DNA of 64,000 bases from the human T2T-CHM13v2.0 reference genome, Homo sapiens. Position numbers and translations under genes: made by a program. The stretch lies in assembly GCF_009914755.1 (NCBI RefSeq), contig NC_060927.1, one strand, 5' to 3'. Within the stretch, counting starts at the first letter, position 1. Each line of letters begins with the position of its first letter. A model generated the notes under the pieces. The model searched no databases, had not been told where the DNA came from, and saw only the letters and a program-made list of their open reading frames with translations. This document shows, piece after piece, positions 39,936 to 55,290 of this stretch.

Positions 39936-40354
39936 TAATTCCACAGGCAGGACTATCAGGGGTTTTCAAAAATAGTTTCTGTAGGGAGGCACAGATTCAA
40001 GGAAGGCATCTGAGGCAGCACCATGAGTGAGAAAGGAGATAAAGTGGGCAGAACCATGGGCCCCGACTCTGCTTTATCCACATCAGCTTTGTGTGTATCT
40101 GTTGTACATGTTGGGATTCCACATGAAATTTCATGTGAAAACTAGATTTTGCTGGTAAAAAATCTGCAAACCCACTGGGTGAGATAACTGAGGAACAAGA
40201 AGAAGAAACACCAGAATGTGATTTTTTTCCCAGAAAGAAGTTTATTTTTATTTACCTGTTGTGTAACATATTTTAATGATAGCTTCCCAATACTTAAAGG
40301 CTTTTCTGATGTGATTGGTGGTGATAGTAACTACTGTGAGTTTTTTGATATTAT

Positions 40355-40997
40355 AAAATATGATGATTTAATTTTCATAATACATTGAATCAATATACTT
40401 CAAATGACTAATGCATGGGGAAGATCCATTCAAAGTGTAAGATACACCAATGGATTTTAATGAAACAGATTTGAAAAGTTCACTGATACAGTTTCAGGTT
40501 CTACTTTGCGACTAACCCTTAATACATTACCCCTTGTAGAGTTTTGGTGTAGTATCAAAGAAGAATAGCCACAAAGCTATTAAAATTCTTCCTCCCTTTT
40601 TCAACTAAATATATATGTGAAGTCAACTTTTCTTCATATATTTCAGCCTAAACAATGTATCACAGCAGATTGACTGCAGAGGCAGATATGAGAATACAGC
40701 TGTCTCATATTAAGCTGGCCATTAAACAAATGTACAGAAATGTAAAATAATGCCACTCTTTTTACTATTTTTTTCTTGGAAAATATAATTGTTTTCCATA
40801 AAATACTATTTCAGGTAAATATATAATAGGTTTTGTTGTTATTTTAAATAAATAGATAAATACTTAACAATTTTTCAGTTTTAATTTCTAATAGGATAAA
40901 TATTAACAGGTGTGACCCAGATAAACCAAAGTACTTTGACGTCCTTAATTTTTAGGTGCATAAAGGGGTCCTGAGATAAAAAAGTTTAAGAACCACT
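40355..40997 (+). mobile_element. hAT-Charlie1-type DNA transposon fragment
   Basis: GATCCATTCAAAGTGTAAGATACACCAATGGATTTTAATG... terminal GGGGTCCTGAGA..AAAGTTTAAGAACCACT. Confidence 0.7.
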
Positions 40998-41063
40998 AGA
41001 CTAGTGGATAGTTAGGTATTTAACACATAAGCATACAAATAAGGATGTAATTGTAAACCTGGG

Positions 41064-41735
<672 letters not shown>

Positions 41736-41739
41736 CTCA

Positions 41740-42370
41740 ATGAGTGATATAAAGGAAAAGAACAAGGTGCTAAGAGAGATGAACCAGGAGACCTAATTTA
41801 GATGGGGGATGGTGTCAGAGATGGTGCTACTAAAGAAGTGGTTTTTAAGCTGTTCTGAAGCAGGAGATGGGGGTAAAGATTGTTGTGGGCAGTGGGAACA
41901 GCAGGAAAAAGCCCCCGAAGTGGGAACAAGCTTGGTTTGGGTGGAGCATGGTGGTGAGAGGAGAGTGGCATGAGAGGAGTCTGGCAGGATATGAAGCAGG
42001 GGCTAAACCTTGCAGGCTCTTGTAAATCATGTGAAGATTTTGGCATTTTTGTCCTAAGTGCATAGAAATGATCATAATATGGATTACTCTAACATAATTC
42101 ATCAGGCTTGAATTTTTTAAAGATAATCAAGATTCAATTTTTTTTTTAAAAGATAATTGATTGCTGTGTGGTGCTGTGTGGAAAAGGGATTGGAAGGGGA
42201 CAAGAGAGAAGGTGAGGAGAGCAGTCGGACGGCTATTGTAATAGTCCAGGTGAGAGATAGTGGTACCTGTATCATGGAGACAGCAGTGCAAATGGAGCTA
42301 TTTCAGAGCTATTAATACCACTTACAGGTTTTGCTGCTGCATTGGAGTGGAAGAGGGGATGACTCCTAGG
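41740..42370. mobile_element. L2 fragment
   Basis: Purine-rich L2 body motifs (GCTATTGTAATAGTCCAGGTGAGAGAT, TTGCTGTGTGG). Confidence 0.65.
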
Positions 42371-42585
42371 TCAGAGCAATCCTATACACTATGCTTAGTG
42401 ACACCAATCCTAAGTATCACCAAAACTAAATACCCATTACATCAATCTGTATAAATATTTTAGGTTTGTAGGCGTGTGTGCCTATATATATGCATGTGAT
42501 TAAATTGCCCACGTTTACTTTTAGTTATGTGGTTATGAAATTTAAAAAGTCACTCTCATAGCACCACCTTGTGGACAGTAATAAA

Positions 42586-42587
<2 letters not shown>

Positions 42588-42630
<43 letters not shown>

Positions 42631-42645
42631 CGCACGCGCGCACGC
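42588..42645. repeat. (TG)n(CG)n alternating purine-pyrimidine tract
   Basis: ~17 TG units followed by CGCGCGCGCGCACGCGCGCACGCA. Confidence 0.95.
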
Positions 42646-43072
42646 ATTGTTGGATTCAATCACTAGGAGAAAACACAATACAAGTTCTCCAGAAAGTTTA
42701 CCAGTTATCAGCCACCCCAAGTCCTTCTTGGAAGGAGAGGGGATAGGAATACATTCGGAAGAGTTAAAGTTAAACTGGCTATTCTGAAAATAACAGGTTA
42801 AATTCATTCAGACTAGATCCTCTCTGGTTGATTTTAACATAGTCATTGACTAAAAGTATCATTTATTCAGATAGCCCCTGACAACCCATAATAATACTTT
42901 TTGTTTTTTTGCCGAAATATGTTTTTTTCAGTGCATTTACCACTTATCTTCATCAGATTACGGGAAGCATTTTTGTATAAATATCAAGCCTGATGGAAAT
43001 GGATTTATCTTAATTCCTCACTTAAGTTCCGAACTCACCTAGAATTGCATCCTCTGAGACTGGGCTTTTCTT

Positions 43073-43373
43073 TTTTCTTTTTTTTTTTTTTTCCGAGACG
43101 GAGTCTCACTCTGTCGCCCAGGCTGGAGTGCAGTGGTGCGTTCTGGGCTCACTGCAACCTCCGCCTCCCGGGTTCAAGCAATTCTCTGCCTCAGCCTCCC
43201 GAGTAGCTGGGATTACAGGTGCCCACCACCACGCCTGGCTAATTTTTGTATTTTTAGCAGATACGGGGTTTCACCATCTTGGCCAGGCTGGTCTGGAACT
43301 CCTGACCTCATGATCCACCCGCCTCAGCCTCCCAAAGTGCTGGGATTACAGGTGTGAGCCACTGCGCCCAGCC
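43073..43373 (-). mobile_element. AluSg-type (Sg7-like)
   Basis: CAAGCAATTCTCTGCC, CACCATCTTGGCC, CTCATGATCCACCC variants. Confidence 0.88.
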
Positions 43374-43959
43374 CTTCTTTTTCCCTTTTTTTTTTTTTTT
43401 TGAGACTGGGCTTTTCTTGCCGCCATCTTGAATCTGATTTGGTTTTCTCTGTTGCGCTTTTTTGCTGGCGTCATTTTCCTCACACCTTAGCTCATCATTC
43501 TATCCTGTTCTATTGCTCTGGGCTTCTCAGGAGACCTCTTTCCTTCACAAGACTGGCTTCTCCAGGTGTTAGAAAGTGTCTCTACATGTGAAGCAGATCC
43601 CTCTCTTAATTTCCCAAACAAAGCACAGGGAATATCAGGCTAGAATGTTTAACATCTTAATTTAAACACAAAGGAATTACAATGCAGGAAAACCTAAAAT
43701 GTTACTTCTCCTGATCGTGTCTCTGCTTTAAGAAGCCCCTTGGACTTCTGACAACTTGCCGTTCTCTGTCACTTGGCTGTGTTCCCTAAATGTTGGTCCA
43801 GGCCCTGTGCAAGGCTCCCAGCTCTGGCAGCAGCATTAGGGTGGGGAGAGCCTTTCTTCCCTCTCCTTAGGCGTCCTCCTTCCTGTTCCCACGATGATTG
43901 ATGGAAGAAATGCCTGCCCTTACCTACAGGGCATGGTTTCTAGACACAGTTCAATTCTC

Positions 43960-45078
43960 ATTTTTCTCCTCTGTCTCTGGCTATTTCTTCTGCGCCTGCT
44001 TTCCAGGCTCTTCGCACACTGCCTGACTGCTGACACGAGAATTCCTAAGGGCTCAGCATTAGGCCCAGCTATCTTCTTGCTTCATACTCTCCTTGGGCAG
44101 TCTTACCCCAGGCCACCATGTTACTTACCCTTAGTGACTCCCAGGTGTATTTATTTCTCTGGTCCAAACCTCTCCATTGATTTCCAGATCCTTATTTCTG
44201 ATCCATTAATCTACCTTTCCACTTGAATGTTTCATGTCTAAGACTAGATGTGTGATTTCTTGCCCTCAAAATCTGGTATGTTTTGAGTGTTTCCAAGTTC
44301 TGTGAAGGTACAACCTTCCATCCAGTTATCAAATCAGAAACCTAGAAGTCATCCTTGATCCTTCTTTCTTTCTTCCTCATCTCCCTCCCCATGCAACCTA
44401 TTTCAGCCTTCTCCATTTTACCTACCAAGAGGTGTCTCCTGAGAGGCCCACTTCAGTCTACTTTAATTGCCTCCATTCTGTTCTGACCATCTCTTGTCCA
44501 CACCACTGCCTAACTAACTAGTCTCCGCATGCCTAACTGGTCTCTGCATGCACTTGGGGCTCTCTCCAATCCATGTTCTACTCTGAGGCATGTGTTCAAA
44601 ATGCAAATCTTACCAGGCCACTTAAAACCTTTCCAAGGTTTCTCACACCTTATAGTCTACACTGCCTTGCGGTGGCCCCACCTTTTGCTCCAGCTGCTTC
44701 ACAACCACTCTTTAGCCCCACAGGCTTTTCTGTTCCTCAGGCGCATTCACCACAGGGCTTCACATCTGCTTGCCCTTCTTCCCCTTACCCTGTTATCTCT
44801 ATGCAGCCTTCTTACTTCAGCTAACCATCTCTTCCTCAGACATGCCTTTTCCTTTTCTTTCAGTTCTTTATTATAAGATTGACGCACCCAAAATCTCTTC
44901 CCTTAGTTTTCAAGTTTATCTTTATTAAAGTGCTTTTTGATTAATTGCCATCTCCTCAGAAGAGCCTAAGTTTCATAAGAAAAGAGGGTGTGCCACATCT
45001 GATTTTGCTCGCTGTGCTGATTTTCCCCAGCATCAAGCATAGTGCCTGGCACATAGGGCATGTTAAAAAACATTGAAT
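43960..45078. mobile_element. L2 fragment ending in TGAATG repeats
   Basis: Pyrimidine-rich L2 body; end AGTGCCTGGCACATAG...TGAAT, with (AATG)n continuing at 45393-45415. Confidence 0.7.
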
Positions 45079-45443
<365 letters not shown>

Positions 45444-45916
45444 TTACAACCATTAACAGAAAATGCAGGCCCAGGTGTGGCTGAAGAGTGCCCACAGCCT
45501 GGACAGCTCAGGTCCAGTCTCAGCCAGTTGCTATTCAGGGTTATTTCCACAGTGTGAAGTGAAGGGAATCTTAGGCCTCCCCCAACCTGGCCTGCTCCTA
45601 CGGGTCTTGTGACATTGGTGAGAATGTTCTTGGAAAAATGATTCACACATCTTGTCTAAGAGCAAACAATAATTCGGGGGAATGTTCCAGTCTAAGTTGA
45701 TATTTGAAAGAGGAAAATAGTTGCCATCGCCTCAAGGGTTCATTCCCACTAAAGACACAGTCAGTTTAGATGACTAGTCAGAAAAATTAATATCCCCGTC
45801 TTCAAGCAAACAGCTTTCTTCTGCTTTGTATTTGAGAAGCTGAAAAAAAAGTCATTTTTCTCAAAACAAAGTTTAAAAGTGAACTAATGGCTCTGAGAAA
45901 CTTCCAGTTATTTTTA

Positions 45917-46226
45917 TTTTTTTATTTTATTTTATTTTATTTTTTTTGAGACGGAGTCTCGCTGTCGCCCAGGTTGGAGTGCAGTGGCGTGATCTCGGCT
46001 CACTGCAGGCTCCGCCTCCTGGGTTCACGCCATTCTCCTGCCTCAGCCTTTTGAGTAACTGGGACTACAGGTGCCCGCCACCTCGCCTGGCTAATTTTTT
46101 GTATTTTTAGTAGAGATGGGGTTTCACCGTGTTAGCCAGGATGGTCTCGATCTCCTGACCTCGTGATCCGCCCACCTCGGCCTTCCAAAGTGCTGGGATT
46201 ACAGGCGTGAGCCACCGCGCCCAGCC
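45917..46226 (-). mobile_element. AluY (Ye-like)
   Basis: CTCGCTGTCGCCC, CAGGCTCCGCC, CCACCTCGCC variants; perfect 17-bp TSD ACTTCCAGTTATTTTTA (45900-45916, 46227-46243). Confidence 0.9.
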
Positions 46227-48141
46227 ACTTCCAGTTATTTTTAAATAACATGTCTCCACTCTGAAGAAAAAAATCAAGTATTACCGGGTACCCTGTTTAT
46301 AAGATAAAATAACTTATTTTCACTGAACATTGATATACAAAGTAATTAATAGTTTTATATATCAAAATTATACTTTTACATCTAAAACGTAGGTACTTAA
46401 TCTTTCCTCCATTATTTTACTTATTTATAGACTTGTTCCAGGAATAATTTAACCCAAATTACAATACCATATAAAATATGGCAAACTAACATAAATTATA
46501 AACAAATTAAAAATTCAAAGGAGGAATAAGGGAAGGAACATAAAATGGATACAAGAATGAGGTCAATTTAAAAGTTGGCTTTTGTAAGGACCGATACACT
46601 ACCCGACAGTCATCCTGCTTTTCTTCCTTCTACAAAACCCTGATTTTGTTCTAATATCAAGTGCCCTGTTCTCAGACTCAGAGGATGAACCATGATGATC
46701 TGAGTCATGGATCCCCTAGCTAGACAGCTCTTGTTAAAAGGAATATCTTTATTGTTTGCGACTTTTCGTGAGATCTCTTACTTGCAGCTGAGCAGTTCCT
46801 TACTAATGCACTGGTGTGTTTTTTAATTCAGCTCTAAGCAGTCAACTCCAAAAGAGACATTCAGTAAGAAACAATGTAGTGTCCATAAAACAAAAAACAG
46901 GCCCGCACCTCAGGAAAAGCACAATGTAAGTAAGATTAAGACCACATAAGCCCAAAGTCTGTAGGGATCCACTTATTTGTCCAGTGTATTTAAAATCCCC
47001 AGTGAAAACACCAATGATAAAGATACTATAATCCGCAATTCAAGCCTAATTGCCTTTCTCTTCTGACATAATTTATTATTCACCTTGAAGTTTCATTTCC
47101 TACATGGTCCTTAAGTTAAAACATTATTCTTTGAGCCAAATGCAAATGCATTTAATAAATGAATTTGAATGAATGCAGAAAGATTGTTCTTTGGAAACTA
47201 ACCTTGGGATTGTGAATACAGTGCCCTAAGTCTGTGAGGTGGCAGATTAGCGGGGTGGCTGGCGGTGTCTACATTATTCTCGTGTACTTCTTTTAGAAGG
47301 AATATGTGTTTACTCTGTGTATCTCTTCAGAAAGAACATAGGCATTTAACAGGACAGGGAAAGAGTATATTCTAAAAAGAATTGTTTTCCCCTTTGAATA
47401 ATGACACAAGAGATTTTATTTTTATATATAATTTTATGTAGAAATCAGAATTTTTCTCAGTTTGTCTGTTTGTGTATTTATATCCAGCATTGAAGAAAAG
47501 AAACAAACATACTGCTAATAAAAAGAATGTCTCCTTGTGGCTACTGAAACCCACATGTCAACTGCTATAGCTGTCAGCCTACCAGGAATAACCCCTGCTT
47601 CAAACCCCAAGAAGCCCATTTACTATTTTAATGACAAGAACTTGCTAATGTGGGCATATGAACTGTATCCTTGGAAAGGAATGCCGTCCATACCAGGAAG
47701 TCCTTGAGAAGGCTTGAGTTCTTGCCATAACTAAAAATCCGATGATGCATTACCAATGACTTCATCCCCAAATGAAAGCTAGCAGCCTGCTTCCGTAATC
47801 CTCATGGAGAGTTATACCAAGAAAAGACAACTTTGGAAAAACATGCAAGAGAGAGGCTTCATTTTCTCTTTTGAATAAAAGAAAGAAACCAGTCTATGTG
47901 ACTACGGAGGAGGCACCATGCAGGCCCTGGTGTGGGGGCCTGTGTTTCTCCTACAATGCTGACAGCTAGGGATTTACCAGAGACTTAAAAAATGAAAAAA
48001 CTGCTAATGGTATATATATATATTTTTTGGTGGGGCTTGTGAATGAGAAATATGGAAACGATTGGTCTCCCCCACATTAGGCTTTTGCATCCCAGCAGTT
48101 CTGACACTTCAGACTTCATTGCACAGCCTAGTTTCCCTTTA

Positions 48142-48303
<162 letters not shown>

Positions 48304-48434
48304 TTAGACCCAAGCCTATGAACACCATTCCAGAGGAAACCACTAAAGAAGGACAGAAGGGTGGGTGGGCAGGAGTCAGGCTTGGAAAATTGTGCTCCTA
48401 CAACTGGTTAAGCAGATGGGGATTCAAGCAGGTA

Positions 48435-48562
48435 GTGTGTTGAAATGCCCCATACAGAATGAGTCAGTGGTAGCCTGGGTTGTTGTGCATATTAGGACGT
48501 AGTATGTGTGTTGAAACGCCCCATACAGAATGAGTCAGTGGTAACCTGGGTTGTTGTGCATA
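48435..48562. repeat. Near-tandem 57-bp direct repeat (2 copies)
   Basis: 48435-48491 and 48506-48562, 2 mismatches. Confidence 0.95.
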
Positions 48563-48660
48563 ACTGTTGATAAGCTATGTAATACACCTTCCCGTACCAT
48601 GATGTGACACCTAGAACCAGGTATAGGTTACTAAATATTGTCAGGAAAAAAAAAAAAAGA

Positions 48661-48958
48661 GGCCAGGCATGGTGGCTCACGCCTATGGTCCCAGTACTTT
48701 GGGGGGCTGAGGCAGGTGGATCATCTGAGGTCGGGAGTTCGAGACCAGCCTGGCCAGCATGGTGAAACCCTGTCTCTACTAAAAATACAGAAAATTAGCT
48801 GTGTGTGGTGGCGCGCGCCTGTAATCCCAGCAGGAGGCTGAAGCACAAGAATCACTTGAACCTGGGAGGTGGAATTTGCAGTAAGCCAGGATCACGCCAC
48901 TGCACTCCAGCCTGGGCGACAGAGTGAGACTCCATCTCCAACCAACCAACCAACCGAC
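48661..48958 (+). mobile_element. AluSx-type with (CCAA)n tail
   Basis: Dimeric Alu with small internal deletion. Confidence 0.88.
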
Positions 48959-49029
48959 CCCACTTCTCCATGCTTCTCAGAATACATTTGCATTTTTGGA
49001 TGGAGGGCAAGGCTTTCTAGTGGGGTAAG

Positions 49030-49260
49030 CAAGAACTGGGTTTGGGGCTTGAGTTTATCTCATATTAGCCAGGTGACACTTAAGAAGGTACTTAGCATCT
49101 ATTGCTAAACTTCATTTATTCAATTAGTAACTACTTGTTGGACACCATAGTTTCCACTTCATAAAAACAGAAATCCTAGTACTTACCTCATGTGACTATT
49201 GGGAATGTTACGGGTTAATGCCTGTGAGGCTTTCAACACAATGCCCAGAACAGAAAGCAA
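49030..49260 (+). mobile_element. MIR fragment(s)
   Basis: Degenerate MIR core/tail (TAGTACTTACCTCATGTG...AACACAATGCCCAG). Confidence 0.5.
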
Positions 49261-50170
49261 ATGATTCTTGTGAGCTAATGAAAAATGTTGCTTTATGCAA
49301 AGAAGGAAGTTGAGGTAGAAACAACAATATATTTTAAGGAACATATTGTCAATGTTATACTAAATTAAGTGGGTTAAGATGTATTTCTCATAATTAAAGA
49401 AAAAGAATTAGGAGCTGCACAAATAAAATAGTCACTAGATGCTTTTCCACATGTAATAATGGAAGATTACTTAATGCCAGGCTTGTGGTGCAAAGTCAGA
49501 CACAGTAATGCTCCATAAATACAGCTAAGGCTATGGATACAAACTCCCAGTTTGTCCAGTGTTAATACCTCGTCCGGGGGTCAATGTTTAAAGACATTTT
49601 AAGGTTGGTCTTTTTCCCTCAGGAGTTTATGACCGAAATGATCTGTTCGGTTGTCTGCTTCTCCTGTTGGATTTGAACCATGTTTGTGGAACTTTTTGGA
49701 ATAAAAGAAACCAGTCTGTGTGACTACAGAGGAGCCACCAGGCAGACCTGTGCCGCATTCACCAGTTTTCCCAGTGTCTAGCCCCATGCCTGGCACAGAG
49801 TAGGCCCTCAAAAATGCGTTTTGTGCTCATTTGAACAGAAATTTACTATCAGTTTGGTTACTTATGTCACTGGATGATCATCTGATGTTTGGTTGTGAGA
49901 TAGCATCAGCCAATTCTTCCCTGGGTTTTCCCAATTATTTCCTCAGGTATTAGCTACCTCATGCTCCAAAATCAAAGGCCCCGGAGAATGGTTTTTGGAA
50001 ATTTGGCTCCATAACTTTTGTTTTTCTCTTACCTGAAAGTTATTGGTTCTTCTCTGCTATTTCTAACCCCCCTGCTCCTAGGTAAAGCAGATTTCAAATT
50101 CCCACATTGCAATACTTGGGTTTAGGGCCATGGGATTCATGTGTGGGTTTCATTTCAGAAACTGAGCCTA

Positions 50171-50686
<516 letters not shown>

Positions 50687-51097
50687 TTATATTAAAATTT
50701 TTTTGGTGGCCTCACAGAGGAGGCAAAACAACTTCAGTTTGGCTTTGAGGCGAAGTGAAGAATAAATATATAAACTAAAATAGGAATGTAGTGGTGGAAT
50801 AAGAGAACTCTAATTCTGTGTTTGTCACTGACTAGCATATCTGCTCCCATTCCCAAGATAAGGCAATAATTCATTCAGCAGGTGGTGGTAAGACTTCTGG
50901 CAACATCAACTATTTAGAATATAGAAAAAATGATATTTAAGATATATAAAATAGCTTCTGGAAAATGAGGGAAACACATACACACATCACACATATACAC
51001 ATATATCTACAGGTTAACATGATCATTTGTGAAGATGTTCCTAGACAGCAGCTTGTTATCGGTTTTTTTCTAAGTACTTGTCAATCAATTTAGCCTT

Positions 51098-51098
<1 letters not shown>

Positions 51099-51131
<33 letters not shown>

Positions 51132-51400
51132 CAGGATCTTGCTCTGTCATCCAGGCTATAATGCAGTGGTGTGATCTCGGCTCACTGCAGCCTTGACTCC
51201 CTGGGCTCAAGTGATCCTCCCGCCTCAGCCCCTGGATTAGCTGGGACTACAGGTGGACACCATCATGCCCGACTAATTTTTGTGTTTTTTGTAGAGACAG
51301 CGTCTTGCCATGTGGCCCAGGCTGGTCTCAAACTCCTGAACACAAGCAATCTACCTGCCTTGGCCTCCCAACTATTGGAATTACTGTACCTGGCCTGGCC
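51099..51400 (-). mobile_element. AluJ
   Basis: Old Alu (TGCAGCCTTGACTCCCTGGGCTCAAGTGATCC) with ~28-nt T tract. Confidence 0.9.
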
Positions 51401-54400
51401 TTGAATTCTTATAGCTAGTGAATGAGATTTGCAAAAACCAGCACTGGGGGTAAGAGCAGGGAAGGGGATGTAGTAAAAGGGCAGTGGTCCTGCAAACTTC
51501 TAGTGCGTTTCTATCAGTGATAGCCATCAGTTTGTTTACACAGGCAGGGAAGCACATATTTTTAAAGGCTTTCCATCAAAATTTATTGAAACTGTTTTTA
51601 AAAATTTGTTAAATTTATTTCAACTTAAAGAGATAAACATATACACATATATCTACATGGACAAACCCATGATTTCCATGTGACGCCAAGGAGAATTCCT
51701 GGGCCCCTTAGCTTGGCCTTTCTTCCTGTAACTGAAGAGACCAATGTTGCCATTCTATTTCTTTTCTTCTCAGTCCTCAGAGTTGTACTGTTTGTTCAGG
51801 AACAAATTCTATTTTGTGGAAATCCAGCTTTGAAAAATTATCACGTGCTTTATCAACCCAAGTATTAAAGGCTAATAACTTGACATTTTGATTTCTCAAT
51901 AACTCTATTCAAATCTTTTTGTTTCCTTGAGTTTAAATTCTTCAGCTGTGGGTGAGTGGGTGAATCAGAGATGCTTTTGTCTGTAAGTGTTTCACTTTTA
52001 GCTACCACAGAAAAATTATATTGCTATGCTGAAAAGAAATGACCTCAGCTGGTAGTTTACAAAAAGTGGAAACCTAGCACCCCAATCAGGACATGTTCAT
52101 AATGGGGGCAGGATTTACTCATCTGCATAGTAGGTACAGGATTTGTTGGAGTTATCTCCTCTGGGCTGAATATATTGTGAGCATTTCACATATCAAACAC
52201 AGGGCCAGTCTGCCCACTGGTTACATCAGAAATAAAACAGTGAAGATGTACCATTGAAGCAGTAGCATATGTTTTAGTTCCAGATATCCACCACCAATTT
52301 CCAAGTAACTTTGTAACTATTCATTAGTTATAAAATAAGCACTTTCTTTCTTAGGCCTTCTTGCTATGGCACCCTTCTGTATTAAGATGATATGTAATCA
52401 AAATATGTTATACAGGAAGTCATGGAATTATCAAGGTTGAAAAACTTGAATAAAACTAGGAGATTGAGAGCTGTTTGTAGTAAAAGGTAATTCCATTGGA
52501 ACTTCAAATGGACATTCTGGTCAGTTTTAATCTAGTGATATTCCCTGTAAATTAGTCTGGGTAGGTGTAATAGAATATACACATATATGATATTGTTTCA
52601 CAGAATATTTGTAATGTAGGTGAAATTCACTTGGCACTCAGATAAACATACTCTGCCAGGTGCTGACTGACACACTATTGTTGCTTTATGCAGCAATACA
52701 ACAGTTTTCTTTCCTGAGCTCAAAGCTACTCAAGATTTTGTTCTAGTAGGAAGAAAATGAAGTAGTCAAAATGCAACCACCTTCAACCCTCCAAAAGTGG
52801 CCTTACAGAGCTCTCATAGTGAGCAAGCAGAACCTTGCTTGCCCTGAGAGATTCTGATGAAACGGGAAATGTCATGCATGACTGTTGCTGCACTTTGAGT
52901 ATTAAGAGGCGAGCCTTAAGATTACAGTTGAGAACACATCTGGTTTAAAGTGAGTCCTGCAAAAAACAAAACAAAGCACCTTCCAACTGAATCCAGCCAG
53001 AGATTACATCCCCCTTTCTTCTTGGCACACCGTATAAGCAGTTTGACTGGCATTTTTTGTTTTAAGCATTTGTATTGCTTTTGGATAAAAACAGTTTACC
53101 AGCTACTCCCCAAAAGCAGGATTCTAAATATGTTTTATTGGTGAGATTCCATCAATGCTGAATTTGTGCATGTTGCTTCATGTTGCCATGGTAAAAAGGA
53201 AATTAAATTGTGATACAGTGGTGCTATAAATAAAATACCTTTCTCCTTAAGTTCACTCATTGTGTAATCAGCCCAGTATTTTCAGCATCACATGCAGCAA
53301 TCAGGCTTTTCATAACACATATCATTTAAGCCAATGTAAAATTACGAGGACAGCAAGGAAGATGGACAAATTCTACACATCAGAGTGCAAGAATTGAGTC
53401 CATGTAATTCTTTTTTTTTATGCTGTCTAGAACAATGGCGCTTAGAACATGCCTTTGTATAATAAGCATGATATTGCAAGTCCCAAGGCCCCAGGCTGGT
53501 AATCTGAACAGGAGAAAGGTGTTTGAAACGTTGTGCTTTCTTCACTGATTCCTGGTGACAATTCCTGTGCATAACTGTTAATGGCCTGGCTCTCATCTCT
53601 GCCATCTGGAATACATACTTGATGTAACTTTTCTCACTGAGTTTGCAGGTATGTTGTAAAGACAAATTAGTTCATGTTTGCAGGGCGCTACCTCAGTGAC
53701 TTAGTGGCAGGGTGCAGTGGGTACTGCTTCACTGGGTACTTCTATGGTTGGATTTCTTCCTATCAGACTCTCTAAAGGGAAAACGTAAAGGGGGAAGAAG
53801 GTATGACTGGGATAGTGATGTGTGCTGCCAGGGCTGCCGTAGGAGTAATTCTGGCAAGACCTAAATGGCTTCAGTCCCTGAAAAATCAGAGTGGATTTTT
53901 CTTCTCAGTGGCAGGTGTGAAGATAATGTGAACCTCCCAAGGCTTTCCAGATGGTGTTAGACTCAAACTGCTTTATGTTCTCACTTAGGTATTGGAATCT
54001 CACACTCAAATCTGTACCTTCAAATAGAAAAGTGACAGGGAGGCTTCAAAATAGTGCCTCATCTTATGGGTAGCTGGCTGCGTTCTGCAGGAACCATCAG
54101 TCTGGTGGGCTCTGGGGGGCTTGTCATGTCATCTAATGAGAATACCATCTTTTTTTTTAAAGTCTCACCCACTGGGCTGTGACATTGGGACTGAAAGGCA
54201 CATGTTTTTGCAATCTCTGCAATTTTATCGCAGAGTAATAAGAGATTTACTTAGAGAAGACGGAGGCAGCATTACAGGATGGGTTTCACCTTGACAGCAG
54301 AATCTACCTGTCAGGCAGCACGTTGGTTTTCTTCTGAACTAAGAAATCTTTCTTATATTAGGTTTTTATCATCAGTACATAAAAATAACCTTCAGATTTG

Positions 54401-55024
54401 TTGCACCTACCATAGGCAGGAGCTACTAAATATCCACAAAGCACTTGTATACCTAGTTGGCATTTTCACGGGTCTCATACAGAATCAGAAAGGAAAGGTA
54501 GTGGCTGCAGGGGTCTCCAATCCGGTCATACTTAGAGCACTGTCCCAGAAGCACATCATGTTCTTTCTTGAGTAAACTTCTGTTCTGCACTGTGTTTCAG
54601 TTCTATGCAGGATGTTGTGAAATATTAGACTTCTGGGGATAATACAGTCAAATGGTCTTCTGGTTAGCATGTCTCTAAGCACCACTGAGCTTGGTCTCCT
54701 AGGGCTAAGGATTTCCATACACCCGACAAGTGTGATTTGCCAAACCAGGAGGTAAAGTGGAGGCAGTTCACCATCAACACAAGCTCACACCACTCTAACC
54801 TAGAAGTCAGTGGATAGAGTTTCAGCTTGTTGAGCACAACTGTCATGCTGTGATTTGCTACCATTTAAATGTTACCAACACGAGTATACCTATAACAGAT
54901 ATTATAGACCATATATCTATATATAGATATAATAGATGATAAAAGTACTGATGATAGAGTATAATTCTAAGAACTGGCATTTCTATATTTATCACCTTCT
55001 CAGAAAATAATCAAAGATGATAAT

Positions 55025-55290
55025 GGCAGGCAGCATGGTCCAGTGGACAGAATGTGATCATTGAATGTAGATAGAACTCGGTTCATATCCCTGGCTCTGA
55101 CACTTGCCTAGCTGCTAGCTTTGGGTAAGTCCCCATACCTTTCTTATCTCTAAAATGAATGACCAAGCAATAGACCTTGGGCTTAAAGTAATACTGATTA
55201 CAACTTGGAGTGGACGTGGGGATTCAATAAATAAATGAAATGACCCAGAAAGGGCCAGGCACACAATAGGTGCTATATGCACAAGGTTAT
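55025..55290 (+). mobile_element. MIR
   Basis: GGCAGCATGGTCCAGTGG...GGTTCATATCCCTGGCTCTGACACTTGCCTAGCTG...TATCTCTAAAATG. Confidence 0.7.

Noticed and set aside
48435-48562. CRISPR-like repeat-spacer array
   Set aside because: Only two copies, eukaryotic context, no cas genes.
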